Source of the DNA: an uncultured Chloroflexia bacterium
Lineage (GTDB): Bacteria > Chloroflexota > UBA6077 > JACCZL01
DNA length: 64,000 nt
Reading direction: 5' to 3'
NCBI GenBank assembly: GCA_963765765.1
Contig: CAVXYC010000023.1
Coordinates: forward strand, 224,001-288,000
Positions 10,001 to 21,193 of this stretch are shown here, one piece after another. The translations under genes and the position numbers were made by a program. Below the pieces are notes generated by a model that was given only the letters and a program-made list of their open reading frames with translations, was not told the origin of the DNA and searched no databases. The stretch's first letter is position 1, and each line of letters opens with the position of its first letter.

Positions 10001-11817
10001 ATGACGAGCGCATTTCGCCGATACGCAGAAGGCGTCAGCTCCAAACCTGGCGGTCGACTATCGATCGCCTCTCGCCCAGGGGCCCTTGACGATGTCGTGC
10101 TCGAGACTGACGAAATTCAGGGCAATATCCTCGGGGGTTTCAACAAACCCTTCCAATCCATTCTTGGTTTGAAGATTGAGAACCCCCGGGTCTTCCGATG
10201 GCGACTCGGTGAGCTCGCTCCGCGGATTGCATCAGCCACCGAGGTACTTGCCTTCAATCGCCTCTATAAGGCAATCGAACAACGGCAAGCAAACGGGATG
10301 GGATCTCGTCGAGGGAATCCGGTGCAAGCTGTGAGAGCTACGTGGGTCAATATCGCATTCTCGTACGTCGGCCTACGCAAGCTAACAGATGGGACAAGCC
10401 TCGAGCTTGCGTCGCCTGATGACTTTAAGGATGAGGCATTCCGTCAAGGCTTAAAAGAGAGGTCAAAGCAGCTCGGGGAGCCGGCCACTGGATCTGGAAG
10501 TACACGCGAGTGGGTCGTGGGTGGAGATGACAATGAGGCGGACGTGCTCATCATCATCGCCAGCGATGACCGCGGGGATTTAGGTGAGGAGGTCGTATGG
10601 TGGCGCACCCAGCTCGAAAAATGTGCCCCGATCACCTTCCCGAAAAATCTGCCTCGCTACGTACGAGAGCCTCGCATGCTCTTTCACAAAGACAGTGGGG
10701 TGGAAGTTGGCGCCAAGCTCCCGGGGGGAAAAGAGCATTTTGGCTATCGTGATGGTATTTCACAGCCGGGACTGCGCGGAACCCTATCCACGGACCCTCG
10801 TGACGTACTGACGCCAAGGCAGAATCCGAGCAACGGTGAGCAGGGTCTGCCCGGACAGGATCTCCTATGGCCCGGTGAATTCGTCTTTGGCTATCCGACC
10901 CAGGTTGCCGGTGGCGAAGTGACTGAACGAGGCCCAGAGTCGTCCGCCGGACCCGAGTGGGCCAGAAATAGCTCATTCCTGGTATTCCGTCGTCTCACGC
11001 AGGATGTCTATGCGTTTCACAGCTTTCTTGAGAGCGCGTCGAAAAATCTCGACCTTCCCCCCGAAGCAATAAGCGACTCCACCGATCGAGCGGCTTGGTT
11101 AGGCGCCCGGCTGGTCGGTCGATGGCCGAGCGGAGCACCCGTTTCTCGGACTCCAGAATGTGATTTACCCGACCTGGGGGAAAACGAGTGCGCCAATAAC
11201 CATTTCGCATTTCAAACGGCCTCATCAGCCATCCGACTCGACGGGATGCGTGTCGGGGACCAAACGCAGGACACCTTCCCCTCGCTCCAATGGATCCCCA
11301 CGGTCTCAGATGCCCCTTCGCCGCCCATATCAGAAAGGTGTATCCAAGGGACGACTCATCACCCGATACGGTCCAGCCCACGGTTCAGGGTGAACTCACT
11401 GCCCGCGGGCGACTGAGTAAAGCCGATACACAGACGCATCGTCTGCTTCGACGGGGAATTCCATTCGGGAAGGCTTCGGGCCCAACGCCAGTTCAACTAC
11501 GGAGCGATGACCTTGAACGGGGTCTGTACTTCATCGCTTACCAAACATCAATTGTTCGCCAGTTTGAATTCGTCACGACGCACTGGGCCAGCGATCCCGA
11601 TTTCAAGGAAGACGAAGCCGGCTATGACCCGTTCATTGGACAGAATGACCTGAGCAATCATCGGCCACGAACGTTCAACATACCGCTAGCTAATGGCGAA
11701 CAGAAAAAGCTTGAAATAGATTCCCCTTGGGTGACGCTGACAGGGGGCGGATACTTCTTTTCTCCCTCAATAAGCGCGCTTCAGCGGATTGCTCGTGCGA
11801 CTCCAAATCCGGTCTGA
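10001..11817 (+). CDS. DyP-type heme peroxidase (frameshifted near 11285)
   Basis: IQGNILGGF, EHFGYRDGISQP (GxxDG), CPFAAHIRKVYPR (proximal His), RLLRRGIPFG, QFEFV, GGGYFFSPS. Confidence 0.92.
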
Positions 11818-12238
11818 TTGAGGCGGTTGAGAAAACTCGTGCCGTCGACTTGCACATGATCTAATCTTGGTTTCTCCATCTTTCAAAGGCTGTAACGCAT
11901 TGGGCGATCATCGACCTATGAATTCAATTGAATGGCGCGAGTGGAACTAGCTGAGATGGCCACGTTGCTTTGTGTGCGTTGTCCTGTCGAAACATATCGA
12001 CTTACCAGATATTTGGAGCGTGGTGTCGCTGATAGGAGTCTGCGTAAGACAACACATATCCTCGGTAAGAAAGGATGGCATGGCTCGCTAATCAATAAAC
12101 ACATCAAGGCTCTGAGCACCTTGAAAGCTCATTCAGTCTTTATCGATTCGATGGAACATCATCATCCGCTGAGCAATAGTCTTTCGGAATGTTGCACAGA
12201 GTGGCATGTCAGTTGCGATTTTGTGATAGAGAGGAACC

Positions 12239-13090
12239 GTGATGACTAATTATCCGAATGGTTGGCCAGATGTCAGCGCCGAGATTGAAGCAGACCAGGA
12301 GAGTAATAAGCCGTACAAGTGGGATTCCCAAGCGCTCGATAAGTTGGCAGAGTTTGTGCGACTGCAGTCAAAGGGTGCGGCTTGGGACGGTGATGCGATC
12401 AGAACCATCATCACCGATCTCGCAGGAGCAAGTAATGCCGACGGGTTTGACTATGCGTCTGCCATCGAGCTTGGCAATCAGATAATCGCTGAGAGTCCGT
12501 ATTCGTATAAGCTAGGAAGTGTTTACCTTAAGGACTACCAGGGAAACGAGGCCTTTCGTGTTGGAGGCTACTACGCGGAGCATAGTATAGGTAAAGGTGA
12601 CCCTATTACCCAGAAGCCAGAGAAGGATTGCGTCAAGTTCCGAACGCCAAAAAGTGGCCAGAAAGGAGATGTCGCTGATATCGAGAAGAGGCTTGGTGAC
12701 TTCAAGAGCCCGGATGAGGACAAGCTCTGCGCATATAAATGGAACCCGTGGTTGTATCCGCACAAGCCCGAGCAGTCAATAGAGCAGACACACAACGTTC
12801 TAAAGACCCTCGAATACGGGTACAAGGATCTGCCAACTGGAGAGGACCTCACTAACCACAGTCCACACCTCGTCATCCTTTACACGGCCACGAATGATTT
12901 TCACGTGCCCGCGCCCCCGATTGGAAGGACGCGGGTGCGGCACTCGCCTCATGGAGTAGTGGAAGATCAGGCGGGTTGTGTTTCACGTGATCGGGGAGTC
13001 GATGTCGAATTGGAAGATTCAACAGGGGAACTTTGGCGTGACCGTAGTCAGGTCATGCGGGATCGGAAGCGGATGATGTGGGCTGTGTAA
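12239..13090 (+). CDS. hypothetical protein
   Basis: 283-aa ORF, SD GAGAGGA, protein-like composition, lower GC; no family recognised. Confidence 0.65.
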   Translation: MMTNYPNGWPDVSAEIEADQESNKPYKWDSQALDKLAEFVRLQSKGAAWDGDAIRTIITDLAGASNADGFDYASAIELGNQIIAESPYSYKLGSVYLKDYQGNEAFRVGGYYAEHSIGKGDPITQKPEKDCVKFRTPKSGQKGDVADIEKRLGDFKSPDEDKLCAYKWNPWLYPHKPEQSIEQTHNVLKTLEYGYKDLPTGEDLTNHSPHLVILYTATNDFHVPAPPIGRTRVRHSPHGVVEDQAGCVSRDRGVDVELEDSTGELWRDRSQVMRDRKRMMWAV

Positions 13091-16000
13091 CCCGAGGCTT
13101 GTCCAGCAACTCTCGTATCCGCGGACCGATTTCTCGCAGGCGGGCGGAGCAATCACCGGCGGCGTCAGCGAATAGTTTGTAGCCAACCGCAGAGTCTGTC
13201 CGTTTGAAGTAGGCAAGGGCGGCGTTGAAGTGGCGCAGGACAGCATCTGCCTGATCACGGGTGTAGCTAGCCTGCTTGGCTTGCGCGAGCCGGGCTTGCC
13301 CCAACAGGTACGAGCTGCCGAAGGATTCTGCAAGGTCGACCGCGGAGTCAGCGCTGGACTTCGCGGTCGAGGAGTCTCCAAGAACATGACAGAGCTCGGC
13401 GAGTAACGCATGGGCAGCGATCACGGCACTCGCAGGCAGACCTATCGAGAGCGCTCCACTCACCATTTCAAGGCGGGTCTCAGGCAATGGCAGGTATCCC
13501 CGGCACTCTGCCACTGCTAACATTGTGAGCGGTCGCTCGATGGAGCTGGGCATAGCGTCCGCCAGTTCCATAGCACTCCGCAATTGCGATAGAGCTTGTT
13601 TGTCGTCGTCAAGCCACGTGAGTAGCTGTCCGAGGCCACGTCTGGCCGCCACGAGGTAGGGACTGGGATCCATCGACTCCGCTATGTCGATCGCCTCAGC
13701 GTACGACTGACGTGACGCTTCCCATTTCCCCTGGTGCATGTACACCTCTCCGAGGCCGATGAGACTGAGGATGCTCCGGCGAGCTGATCGGCGCGGTTTC
13801 GCAGGGCCAGCGAGCGCTGAAAGCTTGCCTCGGCGGCGGTCCAGCTCGAATCCGCGATATGCACGGCTCCAACGACGTTGTGACAATCAGGCAGAAATCG
13901 GCCACCCACATCCTGAGCAAGTCGTAGCGCGAGATCCGCGTTGGCTCGCGCCTGCTCCAGGTCGCCTTCCGCTAGATTCACGCGTCCAAGCCACAGCAGA
14001 GAGTTCACCGCCCGATGTTCTGCCGCCGCGCTCCGACAGATGTCGATGGCGCGCTGGAAGCCCCGGTGCGCCACGGAAAAATGCCCCGCCATTGCATAGT
14101 CCACGGCCAGGTTCGATTCGCGTACGGCCAGATCAATGACGTCAGCCTGTCCCAGTGCGATGTCCCTCGCCATCTGGTCCTCACGGATGCCGTCGTCAAT
14201 TCTGCCTAGCAAAATGTTTGCGGCCGAAAGCGCTTTGTGGCCGGCAATCCGCGCACTCGGCTCGCCGGACTGCTGAGCGTCCTCCAACATCTCGCGGCCG
14301 AGAGCGAGCAATGCGTGCCCCTGGCCACGCAGGAACAGTACTTGCGCCTGGTGCTCCTGAATGCTGAAGCGCACTCGGGCCACGCCAGGCTCGGCCCCTA
14401 TCTCTGGCTAACTCCGCCAGACCCGCGTCGCCTTCTTCGTGAGCTAACGACCCTTGTGACATCTGAAGCAGTGCGTGGGCGCAGATCTCATGTGATTGGG
14501 CGCGCTCTATCGGGTCGTTGGTGAATAATCGCGGGCTTCCTGAGCGTACTCTAAGGCGCGCGCCCAATAGCCCATCGATCGAGACGCATGTGCCCGTTGG
14601 ATCGCCAGCTCAAAGTGCGTCGCCGATTGAGCTCGCTCTCAACGAGTGGCAAGAGCTCGGCTGCATTATCAAAATGTTGAAGCGCCTCCCGGTGGGAGAA
14701 CAACTTCGCCGCTTGCCGGCCCGGCATCCAGAGAGTACTGGAGCTGCCTTGATTCGCAATTCTGAGCTCGTGCCTGCAAGGACATAATGATAAGCAAGCT
14801 CTCCTGGGCGCTGTGACGAGCCGTTCAGAGCTCTTCAAGCACGGCGCCGGCGCGGGCATGGAGAAGCATGCGCCGTGGGCGACTGAGATGTGCGTACAGG
14901 ACTTCCCGAAGCAGTCCGTGCGAGAAGATATACCCTGGCAGGTGTCTCCTGGATGAGCTGAGTCGCTATGGCTTCTTCCAAGGGTCTCACGATATCGATG
15001 TGGCCTGCCGATTGCAGCATTCCCGCCAGCGCTTCATAGTCGATGACCCGTCCCAGGATGGCTGCTACATTGAGTACCTCACGGCATTCCGGGCTCAGGC
15101 GGTTCAGGCGATGGCCAATGACGGCCTGGGTGATAGGCGGAAGAGTCTGACCAAGCGAGCCTATTGACTGCCAGACGCCGTCAAGGCAGTCAATCCGGCC
15201 GTCTTCCTTCAGGGCGAAGGACGAATTGCTCGAGGAAGAGAGGGTTTCCTCCCGTGGCATCATGAAGATGTGCAATCAATAGCGGACTGACAGGGCCATC
15301 AAGGAGCCGTTCCACCATACGTCCGGCATCATCGCGGGCGAGGGGCGGTAGCCTGATCTGCTCCGCGCCCTCACGCAATAGCACAGCCTCGAGCTGGCCC
15401 AGCGGCTCAGATGGCTGCACTTCATCATTGCGAAATGTCCCTAGTAACACGACCGGCAGCCGACGAGCCTGACGTGTGATGAAATGGATCAGGTCGAAGG
15501 TGGCGGCGTCAGCAGCGTGTAGGTCTTCAAGACAGATCAAGACTGGCCGTTGCGCTGCTAATGCCCGCAGCAGGGTATGCACGGCACTGAAGAGACGCGT
15601 CTGATCCGGTGGGGTGCGACCGGGATCATTTGCAAGCCATAAGTGCTGCTGAAGCTCCGGGACGATCTCGGCGAGATCGTTCGCGACTGCGCCGAGCTTG
15701 GAGCGGATCCAGTCCGGAGGTGCAGCCAGTAAGTAGTCGGCGAACGCGTCGTGGAACGGGCCCTGCGGCACCACGCCCTGCTGTTCGTAGCCGCCACCGA
15801 CCAGGCACAAATAGCCCATGCGTTGGGCACGCCGGACGATGGCGCCTGCCAGGGCGCTCTTGCCGGTCCCGGCAGGTGCACTCAGGAGAAGCACCTGGAG
15901 GGACTGGCGTCCCTGCTCCAGGAGACGCTCAGCCACGTTCAGCTCTGGTACCCGACCAATGAGCTGTTCTGGCGTCCGAAACGGGTAGGACGGCAGATAC

Positions 16001-17504
16001 GGTGGAGGGTCCGCGGAGGTTTGCGACTTGGTATGCGGAGGATTGACCTGCTGCGATTTATCCTGTGCCGGAGCCGGGGGTGGCGGTATCGCCTGCGCAG
16101 GCCGCGGCTCAATGATCGCCTCGAATTCGCCCGCGGCAATTTGCTCCCGCAAGATCATCGTGCGATCCTCTGGCTCAATCTCGATACCGCGTAGTGCTTC
16201 CATCGAGCCGGTCAAACACGCGGAGGCTTTCCGAGCGGCGACCGTGGATTGCTAAAAGCCGCATGAGTGCCCGTGCGGCCCGCTCATCGCACGGGTCGGA
16301 CTGAAGGATGCGCCGCAGGGCATTCGACGCCGCCTCGACATCGCCGCGCTGCTCGCGGGCCTCCGCCAGGCTGAGCTGCAGCTCCACCCATTGACGTCGG
16401 AGCGATTCCCGCCGCTCCTCGGCCCAGGTCTCATACGGATCACCGGCCAGGTAATCGCCGCTATACAGCTTATCCGCCTCCTCCAGAATCGGGAGGGAGT
16501 TCTCGGATGCCCGTGCGGCTCCAACCATGTGCTCAAATGCGTCTGCGTCCACCCAGATGTCGGCATCGGGGGGAACCAGAACCGCCCCTGCTGGGTGATC
16601 ACAAGGCCCTGGCCACGGGCCGCTCCGGAGGCGCCCAGCGCGGACCGGAGAGCGCTGAGCGTGGAACGGAGCGTCTTCTGCGCGGCCTCAAAATCCGGTG
16701 CCTCGGGCCAGAAGAGATCGATGGCTTCGTCGATGGTCATGCGTCGGTGTGGGCGGGTCAGCAAGCATTTCAGGAGCTGCCGTGCCTTCTGCTTCTTCCA
16801 GACACCATCCGTGAGCTCGCGGCCATCGACCAGCACGCGGAAGTGGCCCAGAAGGTGCACGCGGATGGACGCACTCGTGGCGCGCTCGGCTTGAGCTCCT
16901 TTCATTGTCGAACGGGAAAGCGGGCGAGGTCTCAGCTCCCGGATCGGCTCGTCATCTGGCAAGTAAGGAGCCACTACGCGATAGATCTCGATCGGTCGCT
17001 TCACACCGCGCAGCTGCCGCTGCCCCAGCATCCGGAGCTAGGCTTCGGGCGGAAGATGATCCCAGACTAGCTCGGCAGTGGAGGGACCCAGGAGCACTTG
17101 CTGCCCTCCGGCGAGCGCGAGCAGGCGCGATGCGCGATTCAACACCAGTCCGAAGTAGTCCCCGTCTCGTTGCCCGGCAACGCCGGTCAAGAGCGCCATT
17201 CGGACTCTCAGTGGGGCGTTTTCTGACCACGCCTGGCGGGTGATCTCGCGCTGCGTGTCAAGTGCGGCTGTCAGGGCGTCTGACGCCCTGCGAAGGCGGC
17301 GTAAGCGCCATCCCCCGTCGTCTTGAAGATGGTTCCGCCGTGCCGCTCGACGTTGGCTCTCACGATGGAGTCGTGTAGAGCCAGGTGGGATTCCATCCCG
17401 AGTGGATCGCGCTCCCAGTGAAGGGTGCTGTCCTCGATGTCTGTGAGAAGGAATGTGACCGTGCCCTGAGGTAGCGCTTTGCCGACTGGCACGGCTTGGC
17501 CCAT
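13053..17504 (-). CDS. multidomain signalling protein: class III nucleotide cyclase - wHTH/BTAD - AAA_16/STAND ATPase - TPR (multiply frameshifted)
   Basis: VTFLLTDIEDST..KTTGDG and GDYFG..LNRASRL (cyclase); VHLLGHFRV..KARQLLKCLL (SARP wHTH); LYSGDYL..DPCDE (BTAD); APAGTGKS Walker A, LEDLH Walker B, TGGNPLFLEQ; TPR helices 13053-14400. Confidence 0.85.
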
Positions 17505-17673
17505 CTGGCTGACATCGTCAGCCTAGAACCGGATATCCAGTGCCTGGCTCTTTTTCCGCCACCGCCACCTCAGTGGTCTCGTGTTGGGATGGTCAACCGC
17601 CGTAATGACGTGATGGTAGCAGGTTGTTTTGCTCATGCGGGTGGACATTCGGACGTCAATTCAGCGCCTATGC

Positions 17674-17728
17674 GGAAATGTTTGGAACTGGTCCTATCTG
17701 GAACTTCGCTGGAGCGTGACGGGAACTT
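17674..17728 (+). promoter_or_regulatory. phased GGAACTT-like heptamer repeats in the divergent promoter region
   Basis: GGAACTT 17700, GGAGCGT 17711, GGAACTT 17722 (11-bp period); GGAAATG 17674, GGAACTG 17684. Confidence 0.45.
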
Positions 17729-17770
17729 TGCCTCTCTAGCATGGCCGCAGATGACTCCTAGGAGGCAGCC

Positions 17771-18463
17771 ATGAGGACAGTGAATGAAGCCCGTTTCGAT
17801 CCACAGCTGACAACCGTTGCGCCGGCATACACAGCCATCATTCCTTTGAACACGCCCGAGTGGGATCGGCCGTGTCTGGACGAGAGTGATCATCAGACTA
17901 GTCTCGACGGAGATCTGGCCTGGAGTGCGATTTACTCACGGCTCTCCTTTGATCGCGGCGACCATCAGGCGTTTCAGGCGCTTCAGCGGCGTGTCGCTCG
18001 CTGGGCGCATCGTCAGCTCAGCTCCCCTACCTCGCTCCGCGAGCAGAGCGATGACGTCGTCGCTGACACCTGCGCGGCGGTGGTCTTGGGATTGGGGCAG
18101 GCGTACGGCGCGGAAACATTTTCGGGGTTCGTCTATGGTCATTTCCTGAGTGCCCGCCGTCGTTACCTGCGCTTTTCTCGTATGGAGCTTGTTCCGCTGA
18201 ATGATCATCTGGTGGATGCACACACCGAGATTGACCCATCCGCTGACGAGCTGGCCCTTTTGCGCCGATGCCTGCATGGGCTTACGCCTCGCGAGCGGCG
18301 GGCCGTGGAGCTGCGGTACTTTGACGATGTCTCGTCCCGAGAGATTGCCAGCGCACTCGGAGTCACGGAGACCAACGCGCGTCGGATCGTGTTCAACGGC
18401 ATCGCGCACATGCGACGGAGTGCCCAGCGTATCTGGCCTTCAGGGCGCGAGGGTGAGCAGTGA
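17771..18463 (+). CDS. ECF-type sigma-70 factor
   Basis: SD GGAGG; region 2 (DDVVADT..FSGFV); region 4 LTPRERRAVELRYFDDVSSREIASALGVTETNARR. Confidence 0.88.
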   Translation: MRTVNEARFDPQLTTVAPAYTAIIPLNTPEWDRPCLDESDHQTSLDGDLAWSAIYSRLSFDRGDHQAFQALQRRVARWAHRQLSSPTSLREQSDDVVADTCAAVVLGLGQAYGAETFSGFVYGHFLSARRRYLRFSRMELVPLNDHLVDAHTEIDPSADELALLRRCLHGLTPRERRAVELRYFDDVSSREIASALGVTETNARRIVFNGIAHMRRSAQRIWPSGREGEQ

Positions 18464-18707
18464 AAGTTAGTCGCCGACTTGTAAGGGAGTTACGGAAGTC
18501 GTTCGGCGAGCAGGACTTCGTCACGTTCGTCGTTTGTACTTGGATCGAAGGCGCCGAGCGATTCGCGGCGTCTGACTGCTCTCCGAATGAATCGGTCTTG
18601 GCGCTGAGAATCATCACTGTCGGCCATGTCCTGCCTCGTGGAGCCGATGTCTCGTTGGGAGGTGACAACGTGTGTATCAGATCAGAGATCTCGGGTCGGT
18701 CGTTCTG

Positions 18708-19756
18708 ATGGTTATAGGACTTAACCTTCCCGACACAAGCGACCCCCTTTCAGATGCGCACTGGGCGCGGTTTCGGCAGCTTCGCATCGGACAATTCACA
18801 GTCTCGAGTCAGGCGCATTCGGAGACGCTGGAGCGGCTGTCGGATGATTTCCCGCACGCGTGGATCCACGTAAGACCGTCGATAGCGTCGCAGGCCCAAA
18901 CTGCACCGGCCCATGCGCTCGACTGTCGATCGGGCGGTCGGTCCAGATCGTTAGGTGAGTGCCTGGAGTCGCTGCGCCGAGGCTTTCCCCGGAGCGCCTG
19001 TTTTGGGTGGGAGGAACGCCGCTCACCAATGAGCCTGGGAACGCTGGGTCGGCGGGAGGCCTTGGGCCGAGGTTAGATCTAGATGCGATCCAGAGCTATG
19101 CGGTCTGGTGGGGTGAAGCCGTAGAGGAGATCTTGCAGCAATTCCCCAGGGTTCAGGTTGCCGTAGGGCCGCTTGGACAAGGTGCGCCTGAACTGCAATG
19201 GTGCTGTTTTCGGGCACTCAAGCGCCTCGGTTGTTATGACCAGGCGACCTACCTTGCAGACCACAACGCGTTCTTTAATCGCCCGTACGGCGATCGGGAA
19301 TGGGGTGGTCGCGGAGTCGCGTTGCGCGAGCTTCTCCCTGAGCTTGGGTTGGTGCATAACCTGCAAGCCCACGATGCGGGGCATTTTGCCGCTGTTAAAG
19401 CGCCTCAACGCGCGGATGTCTACTCAGGGTATCTCGATTGGTGTAGGCGCAGCGGCAGTTATGCGTGCGTATCGCTTTCCTTCCCCAGCGCTCAGGACGA
19501 CGCAAGTCCGCAGACACAATGGCACACACTGCCGCTAATTCTCAGTACCTCTGTAGACGCGGATGACGCCCAAGAAACGTTCGAGGTGAACAACCGTGGT
19601 CCATCAAATGATGAACCAGAACCCCGCTCTCTCCGATATCGAAGGCAAAAGAACGACGTTGTCGTGATTCGGGCCGCTCTCCAAGAAAACGGCAGAAGTC
19701 AGAAATCACCGCGGCTTGCCATCTTCGATTTGCCGAAACTCTCTTCGCTGACCTGA
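18708..19756 (+). CDS. hypothetical protein, possibly a TIM-barrel glycoside-hydrolase-like fold (frameshifted)
   Basis: Pieces 18708-~18900 and 18959-19756; NEP motif then W...I..QFP.VQVAVGPL pattern. Confidence 0.4.
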
Positions 19757-19801
19757 ACCAACCCTCAACGGCCATCATCATTTCACTGTTCGGAGTTGCT
19801 C

Positions 19802-20101
19802 ATGACAGAAACATTCCAGCTTAGTCACTCAATCGATCGCGCGATCCTTTTCCCCTTCACGCGAGACGACCTATCCGTAGCTGGATTTCCTGTGGAGGAG
19901 GATGCAGAGCTCGACTCGTCCTTCGCCCGGCAAGAGCCAATTGATGCAGTTATGGAGCCCGATCCACTGGCGCTTGATTGGTCAGCAATCGTCGGCGGTG
20001 ACGCACGAGGCTCTGCGATTCTCAGGTCAGTGGCAGACTTGGCGACGAGCTTTGCTGATTGGCTCTCTTCAGCCGGCTCTCCGGATGGATGGTCTCCGTG
20101 A
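19802..20101 (+). CDS. small acidic hypothetical protein
   Basis: SD GGAG; 99-aa ORF co-oriented with the upstream genes. Confidence 0.4.
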   Translation: MTETFQLSHSIDRAILFPFTRDDLSVAGFPVEEDAELDSSFARQEPIDAVMEPDPLALDWSAIVGGDARGSAILRSVADLATSFADWLSSAGSPDGWSP

Positions 20102-20227
20102 CGTACCGAGGGGGCTTCTTCTCGGCCGCTAGGCTGTGGACGTGCCCGGTGTGCGTCGGCCTCGGGGAATTAGAAGGTTGATTTGTCGCGCGCAGACTCT
20201 CCGGTTAGCTCCGGCATCGCCGTGTAG

Positions 20228-20281
20228 CAGCCGATCAAGGATGAAATCATCGGCTACGGTGGCATCGTCTGGGCGTGCTAG
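20228..20281 (+). repeat. direct repeat copy B (orphan TolB-like gene 3' end; putative attR)
   Basis: Encodes QPIKDEIIGYGGIVWAC* versus QPIKDEIMGYGGIDWAR* at 6382-6435. Confidence 0.85.
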
Positions 20282-20297
20282 TCGGGACTAGATCCCC

Positions 20298-20336
20298 GTG
20301 CCAGCCCCCTCGCCCTTTGGGGGAGGGGGCTGGCAT
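20298..20336. terminator. GC-rich hairpin
   Basis: gtgccagccccctc ... gagggggctggcat inverted repeat between the orphan gene end and the converging NTF2 gene. Confidence 0.55.
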
Positions 20337-20337
20337 G

Positions 20338-21135
20338 CTAAGGCTCGAGGCCGAGCGAGGCCTTCCCATCTGTGGGCGAAAACGGCACGGAGTTATGCTC
20401 GTGGACGACCATCCACTTGCCATCGAATCTACGGAAGCATGTTGTGGAGCGGATCCACATGTTGAGTGGGCCGCGTGCTGTGGTCCCGCTGAGGCGCGTC
20501 AAGCAGTACGCAAACCCGATATCGCCGCCAGCCGCCACCTGCAGATCGCGAACCTCGTATCCGATTGGACCGTCGAACGTGGAGAACCATTCCTGCGCGC
20601 GCTTTTTTGTTTCGATGGACCCCGTGTACTGCAGCGGATTCACCACGTCAAACGCCAGGTTCTCAGGCGCAACCTGCTCGTAAAGGTCATCGACGTTTCT
20701 GGATCGCAGCGCATCCCCCCGCCGCTCGATGAGTTTTTGAATGGCGGCCAGGTCGTCGGCGTTCCCTATGCTCTCAGTGGACCGGGTAGCGGCGAGGGCG
20801 CCGAAGAAGACCTCGACTTCCTTTATCTGACCAGCTTCGACCCTGAGGCGCTCTGAATTCCGAAACACATCACCGTGTTTCGGTTTGATCTCGTAAATGA
20901 TGACGACTCGGTCCCCGGATTCCATCACGTCGAGGATCTCGAAGCTGTCGATGGTATCGCCGAATGGCCAGCAGCGCTCGAAGTAGGTCGATCTGTTGAT
21001 GTGATCGTCGTAAGGGCTGGTGAAGGTGAAGTCGTCACTAAGGATTGACTCGACGGTTGCACGATCTCTACGAGCGAAGGCCTCATACGAGCGCCGCACG
21101 ATGTCAGCGGCGGATTGGGTCATCGACATCGTCAT
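20338..21135 (-). CDS. tandem SnoaL/NTF2-like domain protein
   Basis: Domain 1: LSDDFTFTSPYDD..YFERCWP..FRNSE..VEVFFG; domain 2: W.RSTTCFRR.DGKW.VVHEHNSVPF; SD GAGAGGG. Confidence 0.85.
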   Translation of the reverse strand: MTMSMTQSAADIVRRSYEAFARRDRATVESILSDDFTFTSPYDDHINRSTYFERCWPFGDTIDSFEILDVMESGDRVVIIYEIKPKHGDVFRNSERLRVEAGQIKEVEVFFGALAATRSTESIGNADDLAAIQKLIERRGDALRSRNVDDLYEQVAPENLAFDVVNPLQYTGSIETKKRAQEWFSTFDGPIGYEVRDLQVAAGGDIGFAYCLTRLSGTTARGPLNMWIRSTTCFRRFDGKWMVVHEHNSVPFSPTDGKASLGLEP

Positions 21136-21193
21136 TCCCTCTCTTGCTTCAGCGAATACAACGGATCGCTGGCAATTGCTGGGCCAACGGGTC

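Larger units (their letters stand above)
6436..20227. mobile_element. putative genomic island (~13.8 kb) integrated at the TolB-like gene 3' end
   Basis: Flanked by the 54-nt gene-end direct repeat; visibly AT-richer stretches (e.g. 11.8-13 kb); accessory genes; no integrase seen. Confidence 0.55.

Noticed and set aside
11270-11300. Programmed frameshift in the DyP gene
   Set aside because: No slippery heptamer, and indels are ubiquitous in this window.
11891-11915. TGTAAC-N15-CGAC as an ECF promoter
   Set aside because: The spacer is short and it is a single occurrence, so a chance match is likely.
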